Part shown: positions 1 through 9,388 of the stretch, one piece after another
Numbering within the stretch: the stretch's first letter is position 1
How the letters are laid out: each line of letters opens with the position of its first letter
Source of the DNA: Thermoanaerobaculia bacterium
Lineage (GTDB): Bacteria; Acidobacteriota; Thermoanaerobaculia; UBA5066
Reading direction: 5' to 3'
Length of the DNA stretch: 64,000 nt
Assembly: GCA_963719225.1 (NCBI GenBank)
Contig: CAVRAY010000001.1
Location: 3,264,001-3,328,000, forward strand
Position numbers and translations under genes: made by a program
The notes under the pieces: generated by a model
What the model was told of the DNA's origin: nothing
The model's database searches: none
What the model saw: the letters and a program-made list of their open reading frames with translations, nothing else

Positions 1-1118
1 ACGACGCGCTCGCCACGGTCGATCTTGCCCCCGGCGACGAGCTTCTTGACCGCCTCCCACGCGGCACCGCCTTCGGGCGCGGCGAAGAGGCCTTCGAACG
101 ACGCGAGCTCGCCGGCGCCGCGCCGCATCTCGTCGTCCGTGACGGTCACGGCCTCGCCCTTCGACGCGTAGAGGATCTTCAGAATCAGATAGTCCGCGTA
201 GGCCTTCGGGACGCGGAGGCCCGACGCGTACGTGTGCGCGTTCTCGAACCGCACGGACACCTCCTTCCCTTCCCTGAATGCCCTCGGGATCGGCGCGCAG
301 CCTTCCGCCTGGACTGAGACCATCCGCGGGCGCGCGGAGCCGATCCAACCATGGCGCTCCATCTCGTCGAACGCTTTCCACATCCCGATGAGGCCGGTGC
401 CCCCACCCGTCGGGTAGACGACGACGTCGGGCAGCAACCAGCCGAAGTCCTCGGCCAGCTCGTAACCCATCGTCTTCTTGCCCTCGACGCGATATGGCTC
501 CTTGAGCGTGGAGACGTCGAACCAGCCCTCTGCGTCCTTCCTCTGCCCGACGATCCGGCCGCATTCGTCGATGAGCCCGTCGACGAGCGTCACGTGCGCC
601 CCGTACGCTTCACACTCGATCCGGAAGACCTTCGGCGTATCTCTCGGCATGAAGACGTGGCACTCGAGACCTGCGGCCGCGGCGTATGCGGCTGCAGCGC
701 CGCCCGCGTTGCCCGCGGTCGGCAGCGCCACCTTCCGGACGCCGAGCGCCTTCGCCATCGTGACCGCCGCGCCGAGGCCGCGCGCCTTGAAAGAGCCGGT
801 CGGATTTCCGGCCTCCTCCTTGACGTAGAGCCGCGGCATCGCGTTCTTTCCTCCGAGCCGCTTCGCGTGGAGGAGCGGCGTCCCGCCCTCGCCCAGAGAA
901 ACGATGTCCTCGGGTCGTCGGGCCGGCATGAGCTCGTGCCAGCGCCAGATCGAGCGCGGACGGCCGGCCGTATCGTCTTTCGAGAGCGCCGCCGTCGTGT
1001 ATTCCGCGAAGAGCGCTCCGCCGCAGCCGGCCTTCGTGCAGACGTTGTGGAGCTTCCCCGGGTCTTCCTGCGCGCCGCACCTCGTGCAGGAAAGCAGGGA
1101 CAGATAGGAGAACGGCAC
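1..1118 (-). CDS. thrC: Threonine synthase (PLP-dependent), runs off the left edge
   Basis: Not in the ORF track because its stop lies outside the window. Manual translation from GTG 1118 gives an N-terminal CTRC..CTKAGC, SLGEGGTPL, NPTGSFKARG (PLP Lys), PTAGNAG, EPYRVEGKKTMGYE and YPTGGGTG. Confidence 0.88.
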   Translation of the reverse strand, partial: MPFSYLSLLSCTRCGAQEDPGKLHNVCTKAGCGGALFAEYTTAALSKDDTAGRPRSIWRWHELMPARRPEDIVSLGEGGTPLLHAKRLGGKNAMPRLYVKEEAGNPTGSFKARGLGAAVTMAKALGVRKVALPTAGNAGGAAAAYAAAAGLECHVFMPRDTPKVFRIECEAYGAHVTLVDGLIDECGRIVGQRKDAEGWFDVSTLKEPYRVEGKKTMGYELAEDFGWLLPDVVVYPTGGGTGLIGMWKAFDEMERHGWIGSARPRMVSVQAEGCAPIPRAFREGKEVSVRFENAHTYASGLRVPKAYADYLILKILYASKGEAVTVTDDEMRRGAGELASFEGLFAAPEGGAAWEAVKKLVAGGKIDRGERV

Positions 1119-1146
1119 GTCCCTGATCTTATGATCGAGGCCTCGA

Positions 1147-2493
1147 ATGCGAGAGACGCCCCGTTTCCGCCGGGTCGATTTTCCGACCGCCGTGCTGTCC
1201 CTCCTCCTGGCCGGCGCCTGCGCGAGCACGTCTCCCGCCCCTCCCGCTCCCCTTTCCTCCGAAGAAAGGGCGCGCCTCGACGCCCTCGCGACGGACCTGG
1301 AGGAAATCAGGACCTTCCTGGGCATCCCCGGCCTTCAGGCGGCCGTCGTCCGCGACGGAAACCCCGAGTGGTCCCGGGTATTCGGAGGGATGGCTCCCGA
1401 AAGAGCGCTGCCGATCGGGAATTTGACGGAGGGCTTCACGGCCATCGCGGCGCTGAGCCTGGAAAGCCGGGGAAAGCTCCGCCTCGAGACGCCCGTGGCC
1501 GACCTCGACCCCTCCTTCAAGGGTCCTCGCACCGTCCTCCTCCGGCACCTTCTGTCCCACGCTTCGGAAGAAACGCCGGGGACGACGTTTCAGCACGAGA
1601 GCGAAGAGTTCGCGCGGCTGACGCGGATTCTCGAGAGCGCCTCGGGCAGGACATTCGCCGACCTGCTCGAGGAAGAGGTGTTCCGGCCGGCGCGCCTCGA
1701 GTCTACGCGCGCGACCGCGTCACTCACCGCCTCGGCCGGACTCACCTCGAACGCGCGCGATCTCGCACGGCTCGAGACGGCCCTGACGGGGGGTCGTCTC
1801 CTCGGGCCGGAGCCGCTCCGACGCATGACGTCGCCCACGTTCACGCCGAACGGCTTCCTCCCCTACGGCCTGGGCTGGTTCGTGACCTGGTCGGCGGGCG
1901 AGCGGATGATCTGGACGTTCGGGGAATCCCCCGAAGCCTCGGCGCTCTTCTTCCGGCTGCCCGACCGCGGTCTCGCGCTGATCCTCGTCGCGGAAGGCCC
2001 CGGCCTCTGTGCGCCCTTCCGCCTGTCGTACGCGAATCCGCTGCGTTCCTCGTTCGTCCTCTCCTTCCTTCGCCGTTTCGTCTCGCTCGTTCCCGACGCG
2101 TTGCGTCTTCTCGCGACCGACGAGGCGATCGACCGCGCGCTTGCGCTCCAATGGAAGCAGGATCCTCGAGCTGCCGCGGCCTTCCGCGCCGCGCTCGCCG
2201 CCCGGGATGCCTTCGCGGCTCCGGATCCCGCGCTCCTCTTCGGACTCGCGCGCACGAGCGAACCCGATCTCCTCGCGGCGGGGGAAACGATCGGCCGGCA
2301 GGTCCAGGCGGGCGGCTGGGACAACGCCCGGACGCTCCTCGACCTCGCGGTCCTCAACGCGAACGCGCACCGGCCGGCCCAGGCCAGGGACATCATTCGG
2401 GGTCTTCTCGCGCGCGAGAACGTGCGGAGCGTCTCGCTCCTCGCGGAGGCCCGGCGTCTTCTCGAGGAGGTTGAAAAGGCTTCCGCCCCGTGA
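1147..2493 (+). CDS. Beta-lactamase/serine-hydrolase-fold lipoprotein with degenerate active site and helical C-terminal extension
   Basis: Lipobox-like LAGAC. Family-like segments IPGLQAAVVRDG, LRHLLSHAS, AGLTSNARDLAR and YGLGW are present. The SxxK position reads NLTE. Confidence 0.7.
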   Translation: MRETPRFRRVDFPTAVLSLLLAGACASTSPAPPAPLSSEERARLDALATDLEEIRTFLGIPGLQAAVVRDGNPEWSRVFGGMAPERALPIGNLTEGFTAIAALSLESRGKLRLETPVADLDPSFKGPRTVLLRHLLSHASEETPGTTFQHESEEFARLTRILESASGRTFADLLEEEVFRPARLESTRATASLTASAGLTSNARDLARLETALTGGRLLGPEPLRRMTSPTFTPNGFLPYGLGWFVTWSAGERMIWTFGESPEASALFFRLPDRGLALILVAEGPGLCAPFRLSYANPLRSSFVLSFLRRFVSLVPDALRLLATDEAIDRALALQWKQDPRAAAAFRAALAARDAFAAPDPALLFGLARTSEPDLLAAGETIGRQVQAGGWDNARTLLDLAVLNANAHRPAQARDIIRGLLARENVRSVSLLAEARRLLEEVEKASAP

Positions 2494-4523
2494 CGGGGAG
2501 CGCCCGTTTCCGGGCCGCGGCCGCTCTCGCCGCGCTCGTCGCGGCGCTTCTCGCGGCCCATCGGGTGCCGACCGTTCTCTCCGAAGCCACGGGCAGGTTC
2601 GAGGATCCGGACGCGATGTTCCACGCGCGGCGGGCCTCGCGCGCCGTGGCCGACGGCTCGTTTCTGCCGCCTCCCTTCGACCCATTCGAGAATTTTCCGC
2701 AGGGTGGCCGGGCGCTCTGGCCGCCGTTCCACGACGCGACGCTCGCTCTTGTCGCGCGGCTCGGCGGCTCGACCCGCGACGCGCCGGCGCGCGGGCTTCC
2801 CTGGGCCGCGGCGTTCCCGGTCGTCGAGCTCTCTCTCGCGGTCCTCGTGGCCGCAGCTCTCGCGCGCAAAACAGGCGGGGACGCGGGAGGCATCTCCGCG
2901 GCGTGGCTCCTCGCTCTGACGCCCGCGATCGTGCGCCGCGGCTCCTTCGGCGAGATCGACCACAACCTGACGGAGGTTCTCTTCGGCCTCCTTCTGCTCT
3001 ATTTCGTATCGGAGCTTTCTTCGAAGGTGAAAGAGAGATCGCGGGGCCCGGGCGGTTTGCTGTTGTGGGCGGGCGGATGGGGGCTGCTCGTGCTCGTCTC
3101 CCTCGGCTTCTATGCCGGGCTCGTTCTCTCAGCGGGTGTTGCAGCCGCCGCGGCTTGCGCCGCGGAGATTCTCTCAGGAGGAGAGGAGAAGAATTTCTTA
3201 GAAGGGGAAAAGGAAGAGAGTGCGGCGGGGGCGAACCTCTCCGCTCTTGCGGCTGGCTTCGCGATCGCTGCAGCCCTGCTTCCGTTCTTCGCGGGACTCC
3301 GCGTGCATCCCGATCCCTCCGACCCCTGGCGCCTCGGCCCGCCTTTCGTGCTGCTCCTCTGCGCGGGCGCCGCAGGAACTGCGGCGGTCTCCCTCTCTCT
3401 CTTTCTCATTCGAAGAAAAACGGCGCTTCACTCTCCGAGGCCTGACTCGACTCGGCAAGCCCCCGCCTCCTTGATCCTCGCAGGCGGCGCTCTTCTGATC
3501 GGGGTCCTCCTTGCGGTTCTGCAGCCACGCCCCGCCTGGGGCGCGCTCGCGCGCGGCTTCGGCTTCATCGGGGCGCGCGACCCGTGGCTCTCGACGATCG
3601 ACGAGTTCCGCCCGCTCGGGACGTCGGCGCTCGCTCTTCTCGCCGCGTTCCCGTCGGTGCCGGTTTTTCTCGTGACGCTGGTTCTCGCCTTTCGCGGCCT
3701 GCGGAAGATCTTTACCGAGAGGCGAGCGGAGGTCGCGCGCCTCTCGACGGCGGCGCTCGCTTTCTTCGTCCTCGCCCTCGCGCAGAAGCGCCTTCTCCCC
3801 CCGGCGGCGGCGCTCTCGGCTGCCGCGGCGGGCGCGGCGTGGATTCCCCTCGCACCCGCAATGCTCTGGGTCCGTCGGGGAGTCCTCGCCGCGGGGATCG
3901 TCGTTGCGACGCGGGCATTCCTCCTGGCGTATCTCTCGATCACGTTCTCGGGAACGGCCGCGCCCGTCGTCTCACCCGGCGAGGAGGCCGCGGCGGCCCT
4001 CGTGACGCTTACTCCGGCGCCGTCGAACCCCCCCGAATGGGGTGTCCTCGCGCCGTGGGACTATGGACACGACCTCCTCACGCGCTCGGGCCGCGCCGTG
4101 GCTCTCGACAATTTCGGCAGCGCGCACTCGGAATTTGACCGGGCGACGCGGATCTTTCTCGAAACCGACCCCGCGGAGGCCGTCGCCGAGCTCGACGCGC
4201 TGCACCTCCGATACGTCCTCGCCGTGTATCCACCAAACGTTCTTCCCCACGCGTCGCACTGCCTCGGGGAGGATCCGCGCAGGCTCTTCCCGGCTGGTTA
4301 CAGCCCGGATCGCATGACCCCGTACCGTCCGACCGAGGCGGGCGCGCGCACGTTCCTGGTGCGCCTCCACCTCCACGACGGAGAGCCCCTCGCGGACGAC
4401 TCGCCGGCCTCTCGCGCCTCTCTCCTTCGACTCCGGAAGATCTGGGAGTCGCCGGAGACGGGCCCCGACCCGGGCGGGCTCGAGGTGCCCTTCATGAAGC
4501 TCTTCGAGGTCCGCCCGCGCTGA
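2490..4523 (+). CDS. STT3/AglB-like oligosaccharyltransferase (GT-C)
   Basis: Many TM segments. Motifs EDPDAMFHARR, GEIDHN, STIDEFRP, APWDYGH (WWDYG variant) and DNFG. GTGA overlap with the upstream gene. Confidence 0.75.
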   Translation: MTGSARFRAAAALAALVAALLAAHRVPTVLSEATGRFEDPDAMFHARRASRAVADGSFLPPPFDPFENFPQGGRALWPPFHDATLALVARLGGSTRDAPARGLPWAAAFPVVELSLAVLVAAALARKTGGDAGGISAAWLLALTPAIVRRGSFGEIDHNLTEVLFGLLLLYFVSELSSKVKERSRGPGGLLLWAGGWGLLVLVSLGFYAGLVLSAGVAAAAACAAEILSGGEEKNFLEGEKEESAAGANLSALAAGFAIAAALLPFFAGLRVHPDPSDPWRLGPPFVLLLCAGAAGTAAVSLSLFLIRRKTALHSPRPDSTRQAPASLILAGGALLIGVLLAVLQPRPAWGALARGFGFIGARDPWLSTIDEFRPLGTSALALLAAFPSVPVFLVTLVLAFRGLRKIFTERRAEVARLSTAALAFFVLALAQKRLLPPAAALSAAAAGAAWIPLAPAMLWVRRGVLAAGIVVATRAFLLAYLSITFSGTAAPVVSPGEEAAAALVTLTPAPSNPPEWGVLAPWDYGHDLLTRSGRAVALDNFGSAHSEFDRATRIFLETDPAEAVAELDALHLRYVLAVYPPNVLPHASHCLGEDPRRLFPAGYSPDRMTPYRPTEAGARTFLVRLHLHDGEPLADDSPASRASLLRLRKIWESPETGPDPGGLEVPFMKLFEVRPR

Positions 4524-4541
4524 GGGCGCGGGCGCAGCGCT

Positions 4542-4922
4542 TTACTGGTCGACGATTCCGAGCGCCTTCCCCGTCGCACAGTCGATCCTGAGAAGGTGCC
4601 TCGAATCGACGCCATACGACGAGTCGAGCTCGTATTGGTTGCCCAGGATCTGATAGTCGCCGACGCCGTTCTTCGAGCGCATCAGGTTCAGGGCCGTACC
4701 GTTTCGAGGGTCCACCATGGGGTTCCGGCAGGTCGTCCCGCTCGGCTCTTCCTTCTGGGCGAGCCCGCTCACGGCGACCATGAAGTGGTCGGGCAGGTTT
4801 TTCGCCTGAGCCACGATCGGCGACTCCATCGAGCTGCTCGAGGAGGCGCAGCCCGAAAGCGCCACGAGCGCCGACGACGCGGCGAGAATTCCGGCAACCC
4901 TCACGAGAGATCTGCTTCGCAT
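4542..4922 (-). CDS. Hypothetical lipoprotein
   Basis: Signal peptide plus LSGC lipobox; compact domain with two further Cys; TAGTGT 6 nt before the ATG. Confidence 0.7.
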   Translation of the reverse strand: MRSRSLVRVAGILAASSALVALSGCASSSSSMESPIVAQAKNLPDHFMVAVSGLAQKEEPSGTTCRNPMVDPRNGTALNLMRSKNGVGDYQILGNQYELDSSYGVDSRHLLRIDCATGKALGIVDQ

Positions 4923-4953
4923 GCGCGGACACTAGCAGACGCCGCCCGGCCGT

Positions 4954-5991
4954 TCACCGCGTTTCCGTCACCTTCCGGATGCCGCGCGGGCGGTCCGGAT
5001 CGAGTCCGCGGATCAGCGCTGCGTGGTAGGCGAGGAGCTGCCCGGGAATCACGGAGACGATCGGCGCGAGAAGCTCGGGGACCTCGGGAACGGGAATTGC
5101 GTCCCTTCCGCGCGGTCCGATCCGGATGACAGGGCTCCCGCGCCGCGTCAGGTCCCTGCCGACGGAGCGCATCTCCGCCTCGGGACGCGTCCCCGGAGGC
5201 GATACGAGGATGACGGGGAGGTCTTTCTCCGCCATCGCGATCGGGCCGTGCTGGAAGTCGGCCGCCGAGAAGGGCTCCGTGAGCAGCAGCGCGAGCTCCT
5301 TCAGCTTCAGCGCGATCTCGAATGCGGTCGAATAATGCACGCCGCGCGCGAGGACGACGGCCCGCTCGGCGTGTGCGAGCTTCCGCGCGGCGCGCGCCGC
5401 GGCGGGCTCGGAGGACAGGGCCTTCCCCATGGCATCCGGCACGGCCCCCAGCGCCTCGAGCTCTTTTTTTCGGCGCGCGAAGGACAGGACGAGGAGCGCG
5501 ACGGCCGCGAGCTCGGTCGTGTAGGTCTTCGTCGCCGCGACGCTCCGCTCCGGGCCCGCGTGCAGCGGTAGCACGTCGCGCGCGGCGCGCGCGAGCGGGC
5601 TTTCCGGGTCGTTTACGATCGCGAGAGTCGGCGACCCGTCGCGGCGTGCGGCCGCGATCGTCTCGACGATGTCCGGCGAGCGTCCCGACTGGGAGATGCC
5701 GATCACGAGCGCGCCCTTCAGGCGCGGCGGCATCCCGTAAAGTGTGACGAGCGACGGCGCCGCGAGCGCGACGGGGAGACGCGAGGAGAGTCCGAACGCG
5801 TACTGAACGTACCGGGCCGCGTTGTCCGACGTGCCACGCGCCGCGACGAGGACGAACGGAATGTCCGCGCGACGCCAGCCTGCCGCGAGGGCCGCCGCGT
5901 TCCTGCGCTCGCGGGCGAGAAGGCGCGCGACGGCCTCGGGCTGCTCGCGCATCTCGCGGTGCAGGACGGAAACCGCGCGGTCTTCGGGCAT
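4954..5991 (-). CDS. Double-SIS-domain sugar-phosphate isomerase/deaminase (GlmS C-terminal-like)
   Basis: MREQPE, ARGTSDNA, ISQSGRSPD, VAATKTYT, ALKLKE, HGP and a C-terminal DPDRPRGIRKVT; no glutaminase domain. Confidence 0.85.
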   Translation of the reverse strand: MPEDRAVSVLHREMREQPEAVARLLARERRNAAALAAGWRRADIPFVLVAARGTSDNAARYVQYAFGLSSRLPVALAAPSLVTLYGMPPRLKGALVIGISQSGRSPDIVETIAAARRDGSPTLAIVNDPESPLARAARDVLPLHAGPERSVAATKTYTTELAAVALLVLSFARRKKELEALGAVPDAMGKALSSEPAAARAARKLAHAERAVVLARGVHYSTAFEIALKLKELALLLTEPFSAADFQHGPIAMAEKDLPVILVSPPGTRPEAEMRSVGRDLTRRGSPVIRIGPRGRDAIPVPEVPELLAPIVSVIPGQLLAYHAALIRGLDPDRPRGIRKVTETR

Positions 5992-6013
5992 CGTGCGATG
6001 CTAGCGCAGCAAG

Positions 6014-7327
6014 ATGTCGGTGCTCTCGCGCGGCGCAAGGAGGAAGCACAGGCGGAGGACGCCGCGATTCCTCAGGCCCGTCCTCCGGCCGATGGCATTT
6101 CGGGTCCTTCCCCGCGCGCTCCGGCCCACGCGCGTGTGGCGTCTCGCCGAAGCGCTGGCTCTCGGAGTTCGCGATGCCGAATTCGAGGTGCTCCTCCGAC
6201 GGATCGACGCGGCCCCGCTGCACCGGGGCAACGCGGTCACCGTGTTCTTCGACGGACCCGCCGCATTCGCGTCGATGTGCGAGGCCATCGAGGCCGCCGA
6301 GAGCGAGGTCCTCCTCGAGGCCTACATCCTCAAGGACGACGCGACCGGACGGGTATTCGTCGAAGCCCTCGCGGCGGCCGCCCGGCGCGGCGTCGCCGTG
6401 CGTGTTCTCGCCGACGCGTTCGGCTCGAGCGACACGCGAAAGGAGTTCTGGCGTCAGATGGAGGAGAGGCACATCGAAGTGCACCTCTATCACCCGCTCG
6501 TTCCCTTCCTCTGGTATCAGCCGTACCGCGATCACCGGAAGATCCTCGTGGCGGATCGGCGCGTGGCTTTCACGGGAGGCATGAACATCGGCGACGAATA
6601 CGGCTCCTCGCTCAAGGGCCGCGGAGCCGAGCTCTGGCGCGACACGCACGCCCGTCTCGAAGGACCCGCGGCATGGGAGATGGCCGTGGTCTTTCAAGAA
6701 GGGTGGGATCGGGCCGGCGGAAAGCCCTTCCAGATTGCCCCGCTCGAGCTCCCCGCGGCGGACGAGCCCCCGCCTCCCGGAGCGTCGATCCTCGTTCTCG
6801 ACTCGAGCCCCGGCCGTGGTCACGAGGAAACGGCTTCCGTCCTCGCCGCGATGGGGGCTGCGGCGCGGAAGTCCGTCTGGCTGACGAACGCCTATTTCGC
6901 GCCGCGCCGCGCCGCGCTGCCGATCCTCGCCCGGGCAGCCGCGCGCGGGGTCGACGTCCGGCTCCTCCTGCCCGGGAAGAGCGACGTTCCCGTCGTGCGC
7001 CATGCCGGGCACGGTGTCTTTCGATACCTGCTCGAGCGAGGCGTGAGGATCTTCGAGTACGACACCTCCGTCCTGCACGCCAAGAGCCTCATCGTCGACG
7101 GCTTCGCCTCGATGGTCGGGTCGACGAACATGGACTTCCGGTCGTTCCACTTCAATTCGGAGTGCAACGTCGTCGTGCTCGACGAAGCGGTCGCGGCATC
7201 TCTCGAGCGTCAGTTCGTCGCGGATCTCGCCGGGTCGCGCGAAATCACCCTGGCCGAGTGGGACCGGCGTACGGCGCTTCACGAATTCGGCGACTTCTGC
7301 GCCCGCGCCCTCTCCCCCGTGCTGTGA
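6014..7327 (+). CDS. Cardiolipin synthase / phospholipase D family (ClsB-like)
   Basis: Two HKD motifs: HRKILVAD..GGMNIG and HAKSLIVD..GSTNMD. Confidence 0.88.
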   Translation: MSVLSRGARRKHRRRTPRFLRPVLRPMAFRVLPRALRPTRVWRLAEALALGVRDAEFEVLLRRIDAAPLHRGNAVTVFFDGPAAFASMCEAIEAAESEVLLEAYILKDDATGRVFVEALAAAARRGVAVRVLADAFGSSDTRKEFWRQMEERHIEVHLYHPLVPFLWYQPYRDHRKILVADRRVAFTGGMNIGDEYGSSLKGRGAELWRDTHARLEGPAAWEMAVVFQEGWDRAGGKPFQIAPLELPAADEPPPPGASILVLDSSPGRGHEETASVLAAMGAAARKSVWLTNAYFAPRRAALPILARAAARGVDVRLLLPGKSDVPVVRHAGHGVFRYLLERGVRIFEYDTSVLHAKSLIVDGFASMVGSTNMDFRSFHFNSECNVVVLDEAVAASLERQFVADLAGSREITLAEWDRRTALHEFGDFCARALSPVL

Positions 7328-7361
7328 GTTGCAACGTGACCTCGAGTGCTAGCATTTATGC

Positions 7362-8147
7362 ATGGAGGCGTCTATGACTTCCCGCCACCTCGCCCGCCAT
7401 GCAACGTCGCTTGCAGTTTTCCTCCTACTGGCGTTACAGACGCTCGACATATACGCTTCGTCGGCCGTATCGGAAGTCCCTGCTGACGCCGGCGTGCTTC
7501 GAGGCAGCGATGTAAACCGAACCGTCCTCTTCGTCCCGCTCTCGCGGCTGGTCGACGCGAGTGGACGCGTTGAACAGAGGTTTTTTCGGAACGGGGGCTA
7601 CGAGCGTTTTCAAGCGTTCCTCGATAAGGCCGGGCCTTGCCGGCCGCTTCCGCCGAGTTGCCAACTGGGGTCCGGGGCGGTAACGACAGTAGCGCGCGGG
7701 CCCGCTTGGCTCAGCCGCATTGAAAGCACTTCTGTCACAACCAGGGTGCGCGTCATCTCGCGGGCACCCGGAGTCGTCCTTCAATCGTTCTCACCTGCCT
7801 TTCTCGTCACTGTGAGAGTCGAGGAGGTACTGCGAGCCCGTGAGAGTCCGGTGGCCGTGGGCGATCTGCTGACTTACCTGACATCCTCCGCGGATATCGA
7901 AGTCTCGGGTCGGCGCCTTTGCATCTCCGCTCCTGATGAAGTTCTTCCCCAGCCGGGAGATGAATTGCTCCTGACTGGCTTCACCGCGCCTGACTTGCCG
8001 TCCCATCTTGTCAATCAGCCGCTAACGGACGTCTTTGCGATCCGTGGGTCGACGGTCATTATTCCAACCGAGCATCAGGCCCAACCGCTGAGCTCGGTTC
8101 TCCGGTCAATTCGCGATCTCGGCCAATCGATCCCCACGGTGCGCTGA
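7362..8147 (+). CDS. Secreted hypothetical protein, partner of the downstream protease gene (start may be ATG 7374)
   Basis: Signal-peptide-like N-terminus; GGAGG before ATG 7374; visibly lower GC than the flanks; TGATG overlap with the next gene. Confidence 0.65.
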   Translation: MEASMTSRHLARHATSLAVFLLLALQTLDIYASSAVSEVPADAGVLRGSDVNRTVLFVPLSRLVDASGRVEQRFFRNGGYERFQAFLDKAGPCRPLPPSCQLGSGAVTTVARGPAWLSRIESTSVTTRVRVISRAPGVVLQSFSPAFLVTVRVEEVLRARESPVAVGDLLTYLTSSADIEVSGRRLCISAPDEVLPQPGDELLLTGFTAPDLPSHLVNQPLTDVFAIRGSTVIIPTEHQAQPLSSVLRSIRDLGQSIPTVR

Positions 8148-9373
8148 TGCGAAGCATCGCCTATGTCTTGCGAGTCGTTTTTGGAATTGTTCTCTGGCTG
8201 CTCTTCCAAGCAACACCGGGGCAGGCGCAGGGATGTGCCACGAACGAGGGAAGAGGTGGCTATCCGGATGGGACAGGAACAGTTGCGGTTCATCCAACTG
8301 GTTCGGATCTTCCTCTCGATGGTATTCAGGGCGGCATCGACCTATGGAATAGTAGTTGCTCCAACTCGACGCAGCACAAGTACCCTGGGTTTGCGTTATC
8401 CAGTTCGGGAACCTGCTCTGCTGCTTGCGTCGATGTAGTATTTGTCCAAGGTCACAGTCCGACCCTTAACCCCGCCAACGGGCAGTACGCCCCAGCCAGC
8501 TCAAGTCCGGAGACGGGCACGATCTATATTTACTCTCAATATGGGAGCCCCTACTTCCTTCAGAATACCCCGCTGGATGCCCACAGCGTCGCTTACATGA
8601 TCGGACATGAGCTAGGCCACATGCTCGGTCTGGGCGAGGATAGCTGCGCATTTGGCGTCATGAATGGCTCGCGTTGGCCCGCCGGAAGTTTCGAGGTCGA
8701 TCCATCCGAGTGCGATATGGCAAACTTCTTGAATGTCACCAATTCGGAGCAATCGCCTCCCGGGCACGGATGCCCCGAAGTTTGCGCTGTCGATCCGGAA
8801 TCGTGCAGCCCACTCAACACCTGCCAGAGTCCAATCATAGTCAACCTCGACGGAAAAGGACTCGAGTTTAGCGGTCCCGATGACCCGGTACGCTTCGATT
8901 TGGGCGCGCTCGGATATAAAGAGCTGATCACATGGACGAAACGCGGTAGCAGCGACGCATTCCTCGTGTTGGATCTAAACGGCAATGGCTGCGTAGACAA
9001 CGGACGCGAGCTATTCGGGAACTACACACTGTTGTCTGATGGGCACATGGCAGGTAATGGCTATGTTGCACTAGCTCAGTATGATGAGCCTGCGGAAGGC
9101 GGAAATCGAGACGGAGTTATTGACAGGTTTGACGCCATCTATTCACGCCTGCGATTGTGGACTGATATTAATCATGACGGAATTGCGCAGGTCTCTGAAG
9201 TGGTGAGCCTAACCGATGCCGGGCTGGTAGCGCTTGATTTGAACTACCATCGAAGTGAGCGGCGAGACCGTTATGGCAATCGGCTGAGATTCATGAGCGA
9301 CGCCTGGATCCGCAAGGGCGGCCACGAACAACGTACCTCGACGGCCGACGTCTTTTTCATCCGGTTGCAGTGA
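8147..9373 (+). CDS. Secreted Zn-metalloprotease (HExxH) + Cys-rich linker + FrpC-like self-processing/Ca-binding module
   Basis: Signal peptide; HELGHMLGLGED followed by GVM (Met-turn-like); C-terminal SPIIVNLDG..DLNGNGCVDNGRELFG..LRLWTDINHDG..DVFF. Confidence 0.72.
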   Translation: MRSIAYVLRVVFGIVLWLLFQATPGQAQGCATNEGRGGYPDGTGTVAVHPTGSDLPLDGIQGGIDLWNSSCSNSTQHKYPGFALSSSGTCSAACVDVVFVQGHSPTLNPANGQYAPASSSPETGTIYIYSQYGSPYFLQNTPLDAHSVAYMIGHELGHMLGLGEDSCAFGVMNGSRWPAGSFEVDPSECDMANFLNVTNSEQSPPGHGCPEVCAVDPESCSPLNTCQSPIIVNLDGKGLEFSGPDDPVRFDLGALGYKELITWTKRGSSDAFLVLDLNGNGCVDNGRELFGNYTLLSDGHMAGNGYVALAQYDEPAEGGNRDGVIDRFDAIYSRLRLWTDINHDGIAQVSEVVSLTDAGLVALDLNYHRSERRDRYGNRLRFMSDAWIRKGGHEQRTSTADVFFIRLQ

Positions 9374-9388
9374 TTTAGCGGTCGCGCG

